The notes under the pieces are model-generated. The model was not told where the DNA came from. It saw only the letters and a list, made by a program, of their open reading frames with translations, and searched no databases. The position numbers and the translations under genes were made by a program. This document shows, in pieces, positions 15,401-29,315 of a stretch of DNA of 64,000 bases (position 1 is its first letter; each line of letters opens with the position of its first letter). Where the stretch lies: the NCBI GenBank assembly GCA_977020255.1, contig CDROCS010004848.1, positions 248,001 to 312,000 on the forward strand, given 5' to 3'. The DNA is from Obrimoposthia wandeli (lineage: Eukaryota).

Positions 15401-18374
15401 AAAAACAACACATAAACCCCCTGCCTTTCTACCCTATTAACGATTGTATGATATAAGATGATGTACAGCGTACAACACGCGCGGAACACAACATGCTGTT
15501 TCCTAGCAATCGATTAATCTGGAAACATAAATAAAATAATTTTACAATTAAATATCAAAGTGTATATACATGTACTTTAAGATTGTCCCGTCAACAATGT
15601 CACTATTGAATAGCCCATAGACCTTCACGGGCCTGACCTTCAACCTGTAAGCGTCCAAAACTTTAAAGATCTTGATTTTTACTTTTCAAAATAATAATTT
15701 TCATCAAATAATAGCTAGTAAGCACTGCCCAAGGTTACAAACATATGCACATAGATAATTTTAGAAACTTTTATTACTATCATTTTATTTAAACTATTAC
15801 ACTCATGCAAATACAAGCAAATACATAATCCACTTCGTTACGCACACACGTAAACTTTTGTTATTTAACTACTGTAAGTATTTAAAATATTATATAAAGA
15901 TGAGCGTGTACTACTTTCAAAAATAATAAAACAATTCTTATATACTTTTCTAAGGTTATTTAATTTTCATTCATGTCTTTAAACAAATGAATTTAACAAT
16001 GAATAATATAATAAACTTTGAATTAAATAAAACATATGTGATAACCTAGATCCATTGAGCTAATTAAAATGTAGTTTAAATTAAATGATTTTTTTATCAA
16101 TTAAAACAAATGGTATTACAGATATATTGCAAGAATTTGCAACTGACGTGCAATAAATGTATCTTGAGATTTTAATTTAAAAAACTACTTATAAGTAGTT
16201 AAGGTAAGTTTCTAAAATTGTGAACAAATTTCATGTAAATATTTAAACATAAACTTTTCTACTTGTATGTATTCAAAATTTGAAAATTATTTTTGAGAAA
16301 AAAATTCCAAGACAAAATATTACATTTATGAAGTTTTAACAACCTTTCTACTTTAAAGTAAATTAAATATAACTAACATCATTTGAGAAAAGCTTTAACA
16401 AAAAGTTTGGTACTTGTAAATAAAAGTAGTTTCAATTTGAAAAAACAATTCAAAGGCAAAATATATCATGTACATTTTTTTGATAAGTTTAGAATATTTG
16501 GAAAATAATTTTTGAGGAAGTTTTGTACCTTTGAATATGAACCCTCGAAGGTCAGATCAAAGTGAAACTAATTGCCATTTAAAAATTAGAAAAGCTTCAC
16601 ACCATCGAAACTTTTGAAGAATCACATTCATAGCTCCATGGGCTATCCTATATTAACCTTAGAGCAACCTTAAAAAACATGTTTATTATATTAAAATTCA
16701 GCACATATCAATACAGTAAACTTTCAACAGATGAGTCATCGATGACGTCATCGTCCTTCAAAATGAGTCAGAGGAATAAATCCGCCGAACGTTTATTTCA
16801 AACGTTTATTGCGTCGACCGAATGTCCGTAAATGACCTACTCTAGAGAATCTTGTGTCGAATATTGACGCTCGGTTTTTCAAGGAGAACTTGGCAACAGT
16901 CCTTGATCTATATGTATTTTGTTTTTACAGTTAACCGTGTTTTTGTGTAACAAATTTTGTAATTTTTTCAATTACTCCAAAAGTTATTGAATCATTAATT
17001 TTTTTATTGGACAACGGACTTTTAAACTTTTATTGGTTAAACAAATAAAAAAATGTTTTATGTTTTTAGATTTTGTAATTGTTTTCATATTTATTTAAAT
17101 GATTTAAATGATTAATTTTGTTATTATTGAAATAAAAAGGTTTTAAACATTAAATTGCATATTTTTAGCTCTTTTAAATATTGTTCATTAGAGGACTTGT
17201 CATCAAAGAATACATACAAATTATCTGTACATTTTAAGTAAATTGTTCGTTTATATTGATTTTTTGTTGAAAAATAGCACTTACAAAATAAGGGGTCTCG
17301 GGCAGAGTTTTATAAAGAATTATATTAAATAGAAATAATTATAAACATTTCGTTGTCAATATATTTAAATTAAAATTTTCGATTTTTTGAAATACCTTTA
17401 ACGATTTATATTCTTTTAATTTTAGAGGTTTGATCTGAGAGTCGGAGGCCACAAATTTTGTTTCCTTTTTGTTTTGAGTTTTTTTATAGTATATTATAAA
17501 ACAATCTACATTTAAAGTAAACCATAAAATTTAATTTCTAAATGCAGCGCAATGAATCAATTAAAAAGCGACTGTTAAGTACTGTGTGCTGGTCTTTTAC
17601 AACAATAAAATCGTTTGAAACTGGTCAGTTTGAATGATGGCTGTGGAGGGAACGATGAATAGACTTTTGTTCAGTTTTTATTGACAGATTCTTGGTTTAG
17701 TTTGACTTTTTGTAGAAGCCTCTTGTTTAACAAGTGGATTCTGATTTCTACACTAAGTTGATTTTCATGCCAGCTTAACCCTTTAGGAATATTGATCCCT
17801 ATGAAGTTGTTTTGTAATGGCAACGTCGAAGAGGACATGGAAATCTGTTTTCCTTTATGTCATTCTTAATACAAAAGAAATTATGAAACTTTCAACGTCA
17901 AAAAATTACAAGTTTTGTGAGCTCATATTTTTATATCCGAGATTTCGCAAGTTGGTTTAAAGAGTTTCACACAGGTTATAAAGGTGCAAAAGCCGGTGGA
18001 TTGTTATGGAAGAATATATAAATAAGTTTGTGAAATGTGTATCCTTTTCCAGGATATAACACAGAAAATTAAACATCTCATTTGCTTTTTTGTCCGTGAC
18101 TGAAAAATGTTGTATTTATTTTAGTTGCACTAGAAAATATTATTTTGTCCCCCAATATATTGTTCAAGTGTTAGAAATGTTTTAAAATCTTAATGTAACA
18201 TAAATTTATTTTATAGGAAAAATTTAAAAATAGCAACAATTTTTTCAACAGTTAATTAAATTGAAAACAATTCATATTTTCTCGTAAATCGGAATATTAA
18301 TGTAGAATTTTTTCAAAGAAAATAAAAATTTACTTTGTTTAGTAATGTTTAATCAAATATTGTTTACTGTTAGT

Positions 18375-18672
18375 GCTTTGTTTATTTTAGCAAGATTTAC
18401 TAAGAGTGCTTTTTTCCGATTCAGGAGTTGGCTACCTTAGCTATGGCGGCTCCAACCCCAGTATCTTCTTTAGTTCACTGTTCTACACTTGTGACTGCCG
18501 GTCTTTTTGTTTTGTTTCGTTTAAATTATTTAGATGAGGGGTTTGGTTGGTTATTGTCGTCGTTGTCTTTTATAGCTATGTTGTATGTGGTGTTTGTGGT
18601 TTTTGAGTTTGATTCAAAGAAGGTTGTGGCTTATTCCAATTTGAGACAATTAGGTTATATGTTATTAATTTA
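18375..18672 (+). pseudogene. nad5: NUMT: mitochondrial NADH dehydrogenase subunit 5 fragment
   Basis: TKSA...WLP(fs)LAMAAPTPVSSLVHCSTLVTAG and D-SKKVVAYSNL(AGA=S)QLGY motifs. Reads correctly with AGA/AGG=Ser (invertebrate mitochondrial code). Frameshifted and isolated. Confidence 0.9.
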
Positions 18673-19570
18673 ATTTAGAAATAAATTTGGGGATATTTTC
18701 TGATAATTTATCAATTAGAAATTAATTTATTTACTACAAATTTCATCGAATGATGTCGCACAAATCAGAGTCTTTCATGCTGCGTTAATGTCCCGAAAAT
18801 GGACTTATTCTTCAAATTGGCACTCCATAATGTACTTTCGATTGTTTGCCCGTTTGCTGATGTTTCTGGTTCTACGAATTTCATTTTGTGACTTACTGGG
18901 AGATTGATCATTCTTCGAAGATGTATATGCTTTCCCACAACCCGCTACAATCGTAGTCGGAGGTAAACACAGCTTCTGTTGGGGTCCAATACTGTGGAGT
19001 CTGTTCTATATGCCACACAGTTCATTTTGTGGTAGTGAAGTTTGAGGGATTCTTTAGCTAAATTCTTTTCCTTAACGGTTTCTCTGAACGACAAACACGG
19101 TAACGGCAGCACCCTCTATCCAGTCGAAAACGTCTTTCCTTGTCAATGCATTTTTTTAATAACTCCAGCAACTGTATGAAAAGCAAAATTTTAAAACAAA
19201 GTAACTAAATAAAACAAACAAACTTTCCAGTAAGAATTTTTTTGATTAATTATTTATGATTTAACGCGGTAAATTAGTGTACATCGTGAACAAATTTTCA
19301 TAATTCGGGGTGTGATCACCGAAACGAGACAGTTTATAAAACTGCAAATAACAAAAATTGAATTTTTTAATTGAACAGCTTCACGATGAGGGGGAATAAA
19401 ATACCGAGAAATCGCAGCAAATGTACTACCCCAAACTGAGTTAGATCGACGGAAGCAATTGCAGACCGAGAAATATATTTCAACTCATAAACATGCCAGG
19501 GTATAAACCGCGTCCTCATGTACCAGGTCGGCCTAACCAATATCCTCAAAAGTTTAAAACAGAAAATATT

Positions 19571-19782
19571 ACATTTGAAGAAGAAGCACAAATCTGGAAG
19601 AGGGCTCAATCCCCATGAATGCGAAATCGAAGGGACGGGAAAGCCGTTCTTGCTAGAGGGTCTTGGTAATCGATATAACATTTGAAGAAGGAGCACAAAT
19701 CTGGAGAAGAGCTCAATCCCCATGAATGCGAAATCGAAGGGACGGGAAAGCCGTTCTTGCTAGAGGGTCTTTGTAATCGATA
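19571..19782. repeat. 107-bp tandem duplication, 2 copies
   Basis: ACATTTGAAGAAG...GTAATCGATA starts at 19571 and 19678. Confidence 0.9.
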
Positions 19783-21342
19783 CTTGTTTATATTTTATAT
19801 ATCGAAGATTAACAATTGTGGCAGTGGAAAAATGTTTGGGGTAACAACAACCCCGTTGCAATTGAAAATGGTGGGGGAAAAGGGACTTACATATTTAGCA
19901 GAAATTTGGTGTACGATTTATCCTATTCAAGGCCGGTCTCCAGTTTCCACTGCCGAAAGATTATTGCACGGTTCATAAGTCACTGAACTCTAAAGTGACC
20001 TCACTTCCATTGGTGCAAAGCTCGCAGGTCAGTCATCAAGATCTCCCGGGTTTATGTTTCTCAGAGGAATTATTGTTGGAGTTAACTTTGAAGTTTGATA
20101 TTGTTAATCGTCTTACGAAGAAACATGAGTCAGTGATGGAGCCAAATTTAATTGATACTGATTTTAAAACTAAAATGTATTTAATTCAAAATGCCATACA
20201 TCTGCCATAAATAAAAAGTTTTGAATGTATTATTTGATGCTTTCACATGATTTATTCGATTAAAAGAAGTTTCCAGTTCAAATTGTGAATTGCAATGTAA
20301 CTAATATTAATGTGATTTGAGAATAATTAAAATACAAAAATTAGAAAATATATAATCTGTATTTGAATCGCAAACTTGTTAAAGAAACACGATACATTAG
20401 TTACTAACAAAGGTTATTTAATTTCGGTTCTAAACTAATTTCAAATTAAAATAACGTAGAAGACAAAATAATTTGAAGTCTTGGTTAAAATAATTCTACA
20501 TTAAAAGACAGATTTAGGATACAAATTAACAACTTTCCAAATTAATCTATTTCGTTTTAAATTATAAGACTTAGCTATTTATATTTATCCCTGAAGGTAT
20601 CTTCCCTTAATTTGACCTACATTAAATCCAAATTTATATGAAGTAAACTCTCTATCTCAAATTTTCAAGTTTACATACAATTTCAATATAAATTTTCTCT
20701 CTTTAAGTAATAATGATTTAGATAATTTGTGAGTTTACAGTAATAATTTGATTTAATTATTTAATATTTTTTCATGGGAGCAATGAAGTAACCATTCTTC
20801 CTGACGAATATTTTCGAAGAGATTTTATAAATATGAAGAAGACGTATGAATTTTACTTAATTCCCCATAATTTGGGGGCCCTTCAATTTGTTTGTTCAAC
20901 CTTATCTTCAGAAAAAAATTATTTTATATGAAGTTTTTTGGTGTAAAAAATGAAACATTTCCATTAAACCCTTAAAATTATTTTGGTACTCAGCCAACTT
21001 ATTTCATGGTTTCTTTCTGAACCCCGCACATTGCAGAAATTTACATGTAAGTCCAGCTTTGAGTTCGTCTTCAAAAATGGAACACTTTTTATTTAATTAA
21101 TATAAAAGGTTTTCTCTGCATTTTTAGGGTTAATTTATCGGTGTACTTTCTTATTCTATTGTGGCTCAGTCTGTTTCTGACGTCTTATTTAATAAGTGTA
21201 TATTTAGCTTTCAGCTTTGTGGGCTACAGTCTGTGGTTGGCCAGCTAATCACATGGCGTGGATGTGGACCTCGTCGGTGATTGGTTGAGTTGTGATTGCT
21301 ACAAAACGAGCAGCATCTTGGCGGCAATTGTGCGCGCGCAGG

Positions 21343-21803
21343 ATGTACCCTCTGCAGATCGATGACGAGTGTCAGGTAGCGAGCAATGAGAGTTCCAGTA
21401 TGCGTAGCGCAATCGACTTCTATGTGGACGTGTACCGCTATAGTACCCTTTGCCTAGGGGCTGTCAATATCGCAGCCAACTCGTTCGCTCTCTCCGTATT
21501 TCGTGTCATGAGTGGGCAGCGGCCGCACCGCTGTCTGGGTTTGATCCTCGTTTACCTGTCACTGTACGAGGTGCTGTTCCAGGCCGCAGCAGTTGCCAGT
21601 GTCAGCTTGACACTGCTGCTGGATGGGGGTTTGCGGGTGCCACTTTGGCTGGCCGCTGGCGCTGTGGCTCCCCTCCACACTGGCGGCACGCTGCTCCAGA
21701 TTGCTGGGCTGCTCGCGCGCAACTGGTCCGTGGTCCTGCTGGCCGCTTACCGCTTTGAGACGGTCTGCAGGCCTCTGTCGCGTCGACCCTATCTGCTGAG
21801 TCG
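21343..21803 (+). CDS. Host rhodopsin-family (class A) peptide-type GPCR, exon with N-terminus and TM1-TM3
   Basis: NES glycosylation site; TM1 LCLGAVNIAAN; TM2 LILVYLSLYEVL; TM3 end LLAAYRFETVCRPL (DRY-like). Donor CG|GTGGGT at 21803/21804 (phase 2). Confidence 0.8.
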
Positions 21804-24800
21804 GTGGGTTCAGTTAAACCTTTCTGAGAAGTTACTACGACATTGAAATATTTCTGAAAGCATTATATGGTAGTGACCATGAAAAATATAAAACATATCA
21901 TATAATGTAATCGATTCCATAATATGAAAATATGTTATAAACTGTTATTAACCTACATAATTATCAGACATGAGCAAAAATTAAATGAGGCGTTTGATAT
22001 TGGAAAGGTAAAGATTTTAAAAGAAATTAGATTAAATATGACTGATAAAGTTAGAAAAACAATTAAGATATTTGGTAACTTTAAAAACCTTCAGAAATAG
22101 ACATAGGTTTAACAACCGTTTATCCGGACTTTTTGTCGAATTAAAAAACAATTTGGCTGTCGGCGATCTTGCAAACAACTGTCAGAGCGGATCATCATGT
22201 GATGAGGAGTGTAGTTTACAATCATAAAATTACATATGAAGAAATCGGGAAAGGTTTAGATTTAAATAGTTTACATTGAGGTGTCAGTCGTAGTAAAAAT
22301 CTCTGTTTTATTCAACTAAATAAACGAAAACCTAAAATTATCTTCTTGTAAGCTCAAGAGAAACTAAGACTAAAATGATTCAACGACTTTGTTGATGGAG
22401 AGAAGCCCAATGATCTAGAATTGTGCAATCAGGCGAGGCTAGTAGTTGAGAAGATGATATTGAAGAAGCATCTGTATTTCTGTAACTAATAGTGCAAAAT
22501 AATTAGTATGGGGAGCAGTTTGGTTTGATGGGGACTCGGAAATTTATTTTCAGAACAAAATATAAATACTATAAATTATATAAATCTCCTACAAAATCAT
22601 GTATATCTATATTTTCAAAGGAGCTCCAACAAACGATTGGCTATTCACGGATAATGCAGCAATGAAGCAGATTAACCAACAATTTTAAAAGTCAAATGGG
22701 ACTCGGAACAAAAAGTTGACTAGCAAAGTCTGCTGATATTAATCCCAAAGAAACATTTGGTCGTTTATGAAGAAAGTAATTCCTGCTAAATATTCTCTTT
22801 CTCAATACGTCAATTAAGAGACAAAAAAACAGAAAATTTGTGACATGTGTTCCAAAATATGATCGACACCAATATTCGAAGTTTGGTAAAAAGGCATACG
22901 AAATTCGAAAGAATATATGTTCTAATAATTAATACTATTCGAGTTATGTTATAAATTCTATTGTGATTATTTTAGTATGTATAAATTTTAATTGTACGTC
23001 TCAGTTATCATTATCTACCATACAAGTAACTACGGTTTTTAAAGTTGTTTTTTCCCAGAGAATTATTTAAAACTATAATTTTATATTACAACAAATGAAG
23101 TTGACTATTTTAATGTTATTCTTCAAATTGTTAACCATTTGGCATCTGTGGGAATCAACATCTCGGATGTCAAGTTCTGTTTTCTAATTGAGATTATTCG
23201 CGACCTCAACCCAGCACTCAACCCAGATTGGTGCTGGAAAAACCTGGTCCCTCGAATATTCTCATAAGAAAAAGTCGAATAGCTCTAAATGATACGACCA
23301 TCACGACCCCACCTAAGATTAAAATATTTGTACCCAACAGTCATCAAAATGTATCCAGTTTGGATTTACAGTTGTAAAATATTCTTTTTCATTTCTGGAA
23401 AGAAGTTTCATGTCAAATGAGGTGATGTTCACTGAACCCAACCCCGAAATAGACTCTTCTCTATCACTGCTTGAGGGTTTTGAACCACCCCATGCGACAG
23501 ATTTCTCTCTTTACAACCTGTCTTTGCACTTCGTACAAAAATTTGGGAAATATTTATTTGCTGGCTTTTCAATTTTATTTTAACGGTTAAAACTCGTCTC
23601 AAATCTCACCTGGTTAAGGTAATTTTTGTAATTTATCAATAATGAATATTTATGGATCAATTCTTCACTACTTAGTGCAATTTATCGATTATCAATTCGT
23701 TGTTCCAGTTAGAGAATTATATCTGATGTCAGTGCTTATACAATTAAATTTAAATTTTTTTGTAGCTATTTAGTTTTATGATGGATGACAGCAGCCCCGA
23801 TGGGAGTTTATTTGTAGATGTGGCTATACAGTGTCATAAATCGAATGATTGACATCACTTGGAAATGTTGCTAATTTGCCAGGCTATGCAGCACGTCAGC
23901 CAATATCGTTTATGTGTAAAATCTCTAAAATAAGTACTGTAATTTGTTCCTTTGTTTTCATTCTTTTTGTATTTTTAAATGTCGGATTTTGAAAGATACA
24001 TACAATTAACAGACCATTTTGTGGACATGGCGTTTTGTTGTTCGAGCCATCTGTAGTTGACTGCGTCTTTCAAACCCGATGAGTTAAAACCAATATAATT
24101 GAACAATTTGATCAAAAGGAAGAACAAAAAGGACGATTGAAAGAAAATGGGAAAGATTAAATATGAAGCAAAGTACAATGAGGAAGATGTTATCTCAATT
24201 TCCGAAACTGTCAGCATCGTGCTAGAAGTATTATCCAAGCAAGAAAGCAAGGTGGGGAGCAAAACTGGGGAGATGACCATAATTGGAAGCAGCTGCAAGC
24301 AATGTGTAGTTAAATTACGAGAAGAAGGAAGATAAATTTCTATTCCAGCATTTAAATTAAAATCCATTTGTAATTACCCCAGTCTAAATATTGGGGAATT
24401 TAAATACAGTTTTACATGGTGAAATCCAACTGGGAAAAATGGCAAGAGATCATGGAAATTTATCTTGAGGAAAATGGTGAAGATATAAAGACATACAGTT
24501 CCGATGTGTCTTGGTGTGTCGACAAATTACACCTTGAACCAACATGAACAGATAATCTCAAATAGTGTGATGCACTTGAGGGCGAGCAAATATCACAAAT
24601 AACAATACCGTCGTTTCTTCTTGTAAAAATTGTTCTCGCAAATAATAAGAGACGGTCCAACATTGATATTTTTTATAAAGGGAATAAATATGATTCTGCA
24701 TCCGTTATTTTTTTCGGAATAAGCAAAAAAGAGCACAAAATCCTCACAAAATATTGTAGGAATTCCTGTTGAACTACTTTAATGCTCTGAATGTTAAACA

Positions 24801-25575
24801 GCTTTGTTTACTGATTCACAAACTCAAGAAGAGCGTCATCTTCAGCATCGGGAGAATGTATTATGTCTATTCAACTCAAATACGGTCGGTGATGTTGTAA
24901 ATGGATTAGAAAAACGAAACAAATTACCCTCTGTAGCATGGAACATTTCTCGGAAACAAAAATGAGGGTTAGTTTCACTTTTTGATCAAGACCAAGATAA
25001 ATCAAATGCATCAGTTTCAATATAAATTTAAATTATGGTTTTATTTCTAGAAGAAGATATTTGTACGTTTCGGTTATTCATTCAAGTAGAACTTCACACT
25101 GTTGGCATTTAGAAGAATTTTTAAAGTAAAATTTCCTGCTACCTGGTGTTACTGATGATGCTAATGTTAATGATGCCTGAAGGAACGGGATTGGTATCAC
25201 ATACATTTTCGTAAGCCAAACCTCATGTGGATTGTGGCCTAGCGACATTAGGTGGATATGTCCGGTCTAATCCACCCCCGGGGGGCTACCACTGTCCTTT
25301 AAAACCGTGTATGTGTGTGGAGTGAAATTTTGAAGAAAATAAGTGAAAAAAGCAACGAATGGGAGGGGGTTACAGTATTTTCATTAACTTTATCCATCTA
25401 CACATACCCCACCTCTCACTATGACAACTACACATGTATATCTCGTGTCATAAATTACGAATTTTCGAATAAATTATTTGAATAAGACGCTCTCATTGGA
25501 CGATAAAAGAGGGTTAGTCTGATGTTTGTATATATAAGGAGACCTCTTTTCAATATTTTTTTATAAATCAACAGA

Positions 25576-26781
25576 ATGCCTTTCTACAATAATGTCGACT
25601 TAAATGAAGAGATAGATGTTCAACTGTATGGGGATCTCTCTCCAGTACAGCAGCAAACGCCACCACCGTCGCAGTATATTGACTTACTTAGTCAAGACTC
25701 GTTGGTGGTGAGAAAAGGAGACGAAGGAGAAGCAGCAGCAAGAGCGGAGCTGTTGAAAGAAGAAGCATCTTAGCTAGCACAACTCTGACAGAAGAACCAA
25801 TGGGTGAGAGATCCCAATATATAAACCTGACAAGTCAGTATTCGATTGAGAATTGGGAAGACTGTACTCCCCACAGAATACAGAAGCTGCTTGTCCAGCA
25901 TCTTCGGCAGTAGCAGCAAGGAGATCCAATCTCTTTGACAATTTCTAGGTGGCAACCAAACGCCCCTGGAAATTTATCCCGCTGTCTCAGCCGGAGATAG
26001 TCCTCGCACCGGACTCTGATTAGGAGCTCTTCAGTGATGGCGTACCGTCGGATCAGGAGGAGGATTTGACTCCATTCATCGACCAATGGATATGCGGTCG
26101 AACTCCAATAGCAGACAATACGGTGGCTAAACGATTCAGAAGGCCGCAATCTCCGATGCGAGCAGTATGGAAAATAAAGACAACGAATGAGGTTAGACTT
26201 AAAATATTTATATATATATTTTTTAATTTCATTTTCAGAAACTTCAACTGGATATAGCATTGTCAGTTACCACGGTGGAGAGACTGATAGAACCGCAATA
26301 CTTGACGAGTCAATGCAGCCAGGAGCTGCCAAAGATTGAGCTCTGATACCTAGCTTCTCTAGATAATATCATGGTAAATTAATTTTTAATTATATATTAA
26401 ATTTAATAATTCACATAGGTGGAGAAATTTCTCGAAGAGGCCACGCCTATTCAAACGGTGGATAGAAAGCATGCGGCGGTTAGAAAACTACGACGACATC
26501 GGGTTAAAACCCAGACGGATACCGGAAAAAGGTCAAGTTGTGAAACAGGCAAACTTGCCTGTTATTGAGGTAAATTATGTTTAAATTTTATTAATTTTTT
26601 AAAGGAACCAGTCCAGTTAATTGAAGAGACATGGGGAGAAATTTATCCTATCCCACAGAGACGAATGAAGCGAGCAGAGGTGCGGAAGACGAAGCGCTCC
26701 AGAAAATGTCGCACCACAATGCTCAATACTAGAGAAGCAATGATTGGTTGGCAGATAGTTTCCCCTCTCCAGACTTTGTGA
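25576..26781 (+). pseudogene. Polinton orphan gene with three short introns (26192-26238, 26374-26418, 26570-26604), decayed
   Basis: TATATAAG at 25531, ATG at 25576, GT..AG AT-rich introns between GC-richer exons. Homologous to the 38340-39065 minus-strand copy. Confidence 0.65.
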
Positions 26782-27882
26782 AGTGTTTTAGAAACAATAT
26801 AATTTATAAAAAATAATTTTATATGTTTTGCTTTATTTTTTATATTTATTTCATAAAAACTTAAAATACAATCATAAGTTTATTAATATATAAAGTTGAA
26901 AAATAAAAAAATATGTAACTTATTCGAATGTGATTGGATTAATCAATAATACAATTCCACATGTCTTTAATTTCAAAAAGATAAGTTTAAAATTTATATA
27001 AAAATGCAATAATTAGTTATAGATTTATTAAATTATAAACTCTAATTTGATAAATACAAATATATCATTTAATTGACTGTGATTAGATTAAAATTAATTT
27101 CAAATTTATATAAATCGGTTCAAATTTATTAACCTCTTCATAAATAAAAATGAAATTTACTAAAATGCAAAGTCTGGTGACGAAGATAGAAGACAATATA
27201 AATATAAAAAGACAATATAAAAAAATGTGAAGAAAGGAGATTTAAGAAAGAGGGTCCTAAATCAGAATCTGTACGCTGCTGTCGCGACTGAGTGGAATCG
27301 TCAGGTGGAGATTCAAGTCAGACGTCTAGCTGAACGACGAAGTATCCTGGACTGAATAGGAAGGTTGAATTAGAGAAAAATAAACTGGATGAAAAAAGAA
27401 GAATGGAGATGGTAGACAATCGCCGAGCTGCAAGAAAGAGAATCCTCCAGATTAAACCTGAAGAATTTTGAAAATTATTATTTCTTTTGACTTTATTGAT
27501 TATCTATAGTGTTACATAATTGTCTAAATATTTTACATAAGCATACTAAATATAAACAATTTTATATAATATTTTTTATAACATGGATGATAAAATAAAT
27601 TATACATTAAATTATCTCCTGATTTAACGGAAGATTATGAAAAAAATTATTTTTCAAAAAATGATATTTCGAAAATTGTTGCAGATAAAATATGGAATTT
27701 ACTTTTGAAATTTTTAGGTAGGTTTACATTTAATATAATTTTTTTAATATTCATAGGAGAATTGAAAATATGTACCAATATTAACGAGAAAAAATGTACT
27801 TTGATATTATAATAAATTTTGATTATTGATTTCTATTTTATTTCGTTATAAACAAAGGGATTAACTACATATTTGGGTAATT

Positions 27883-27970
27883 ATGCAAGAATATATCATA
27901 GACTATGAGGCTTTCATTAACAAAAATGGAGATTATATTATAAAAGAATTATGTATTATGGATATATATC
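27883..27970 (+). pseudogene. N-terminal fragment of the DEDD/DnaQ-like Polinton ORF
   Basis: MQEYIIDYEAFINKNGDYIIKELCIMD matches IDFEAFIDNNIEFVIKELCIMD at about 50175-50240. Confidence 0.75.
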
Positions 27971-27971
27971 T

Positions 27972-28868
27972 ATACGAATACCGATAACGTCCCCATCTTT
28001 AGTTTGAGTTTGAGATATCCATATTGTTCTCAAAAGTGAAACTCGTAGTCCTCCTACAAGCGTTGGTTCTATTAAAATAGTATAAATATATAAATTATTT
28101 ATAGCATTTAAATGTTGTGCCTTATTTTTAGTTTTTATGGTTTATTGTATGGATTTCAAATGTATTTCTATTTAAACCAAGGTTTTTAGCGAGTTTATCA
28201 TCAAATAAAACCCGTTTTACATTGCTCTTTACTGTAAACGTCAATTTACCATTTTTTTAATGTTACACATTTATCCAAATATTCACTACATTCCTTCTGT
28301 ATAGATTTACATTAATTCACTTCATTATCTATTTTATAATTTTTTGAAAACCTTTTCAGTTTCACTATATCATTTACTCACGTTTCAAGTATCAACACTC
28401 TTGTTACACTATTATGAACATTTCTAACAGATTTAGATGAGACTATATCCCGTCTATTACGAGATACTGTTTGTTCACTATCAAAACCGAATTGAAGAGC
28501 TTCTTTTTTCAGATTCAAATGTAATTTGAATAACTTAAATAAATTTTAATCGATTTTTAAATAGGACTCTATTTATATATTACTCTTTCTGCTTTATCTA
28601 TACAATTGTAAAATAATTTTCCTTTACAATCAAACCCAATCACAGTTTCATTTGTTTTTTCAATATTATTTTCTTTTGTAAACGGAATATGTGAATTTTT
28701 TCTTATAGTAATTGGATAATAATAAAAAGAAAATTTTGTTAAAGCCACTTCCCGTTCTCCTTGGAAATTTATAAGATTTTCCCAATCGATAATAAAGCTA
28801 CTAGCGTCATGATCTGGCTGAGTCTTCGGGCATCCGTTACTAGGTAAAACCATATACAGAGACTTCAT
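27972..28868 (-). pseudogene. Minor capsid (penton-like) gene remnant
   Basis: MKSLYMVLPSNG..QP..ASSFIIDWEN.INFQGEREVALTKFSF and a distal LYIYT.LIEPTLVGG motif, both matching the 47131 gene. Confidence 0.8.
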
Positions 28869-29315
28869 ATTATATTAGATGCTGATATCCAAGTTGGATC
28901 TGAATAACCATGCCATTTAACAAAGTATTGTTTATGTTTACCGGTACCCTTAGATTTTGAAAAAGATTTTGAGTGATAAATATAACTGTTACTTCACGAT
29001 GTCTTGCAATCTATTTTATAAATAAATTATTAAAGTCCGATTCCTTGTTAGTTTCCAGATACAAATCATCAATTATAATTACATCATCTTTTTTCAATAT
29101 TTTGCATCAAATCCTTCAATAAATTTTATTCCCTTCAACTTGCAAACTTCTGTTTTGGTTAATCCGCTTTCCCCTCCTCCACCATGATGCCAATAAATAT
29201 TTTTGAGACTAGAATTGAAAAGAGATTCATTTTGCAACAATTTACAGACGAAATGTGTCTTTCCACTTCCACTGAGACCAACTATTTGAAATACAGCATT
29301 GTTATTTAGCTCCAT
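28869..29315 (-). pseudogene. Packaging ATPase N-half fused by deletion to the integrase chromodomain tail
   Basis: Walker A GLSGSGKT, Walker B IIIDD, IARHREVTVIFITQNLF, joined near 28955 to KGTGKHKQYFVKWHGYSDPTWISAS*. Confidence 0.85.

Noticed and set aside
15600-16800. Possible further Polinton subterminal relic (GACCTT words, ATGAGTCATCGATGA)
   Set aside because: No terminus, TSD or coding homology; only short motif sharing.
22380-22500. LELCNQARLVVEKM, resembling Pif1/Helitron GLCNGTRL
   Set aside because: One weak motif, with no other helicase or Rep motifs nearby.
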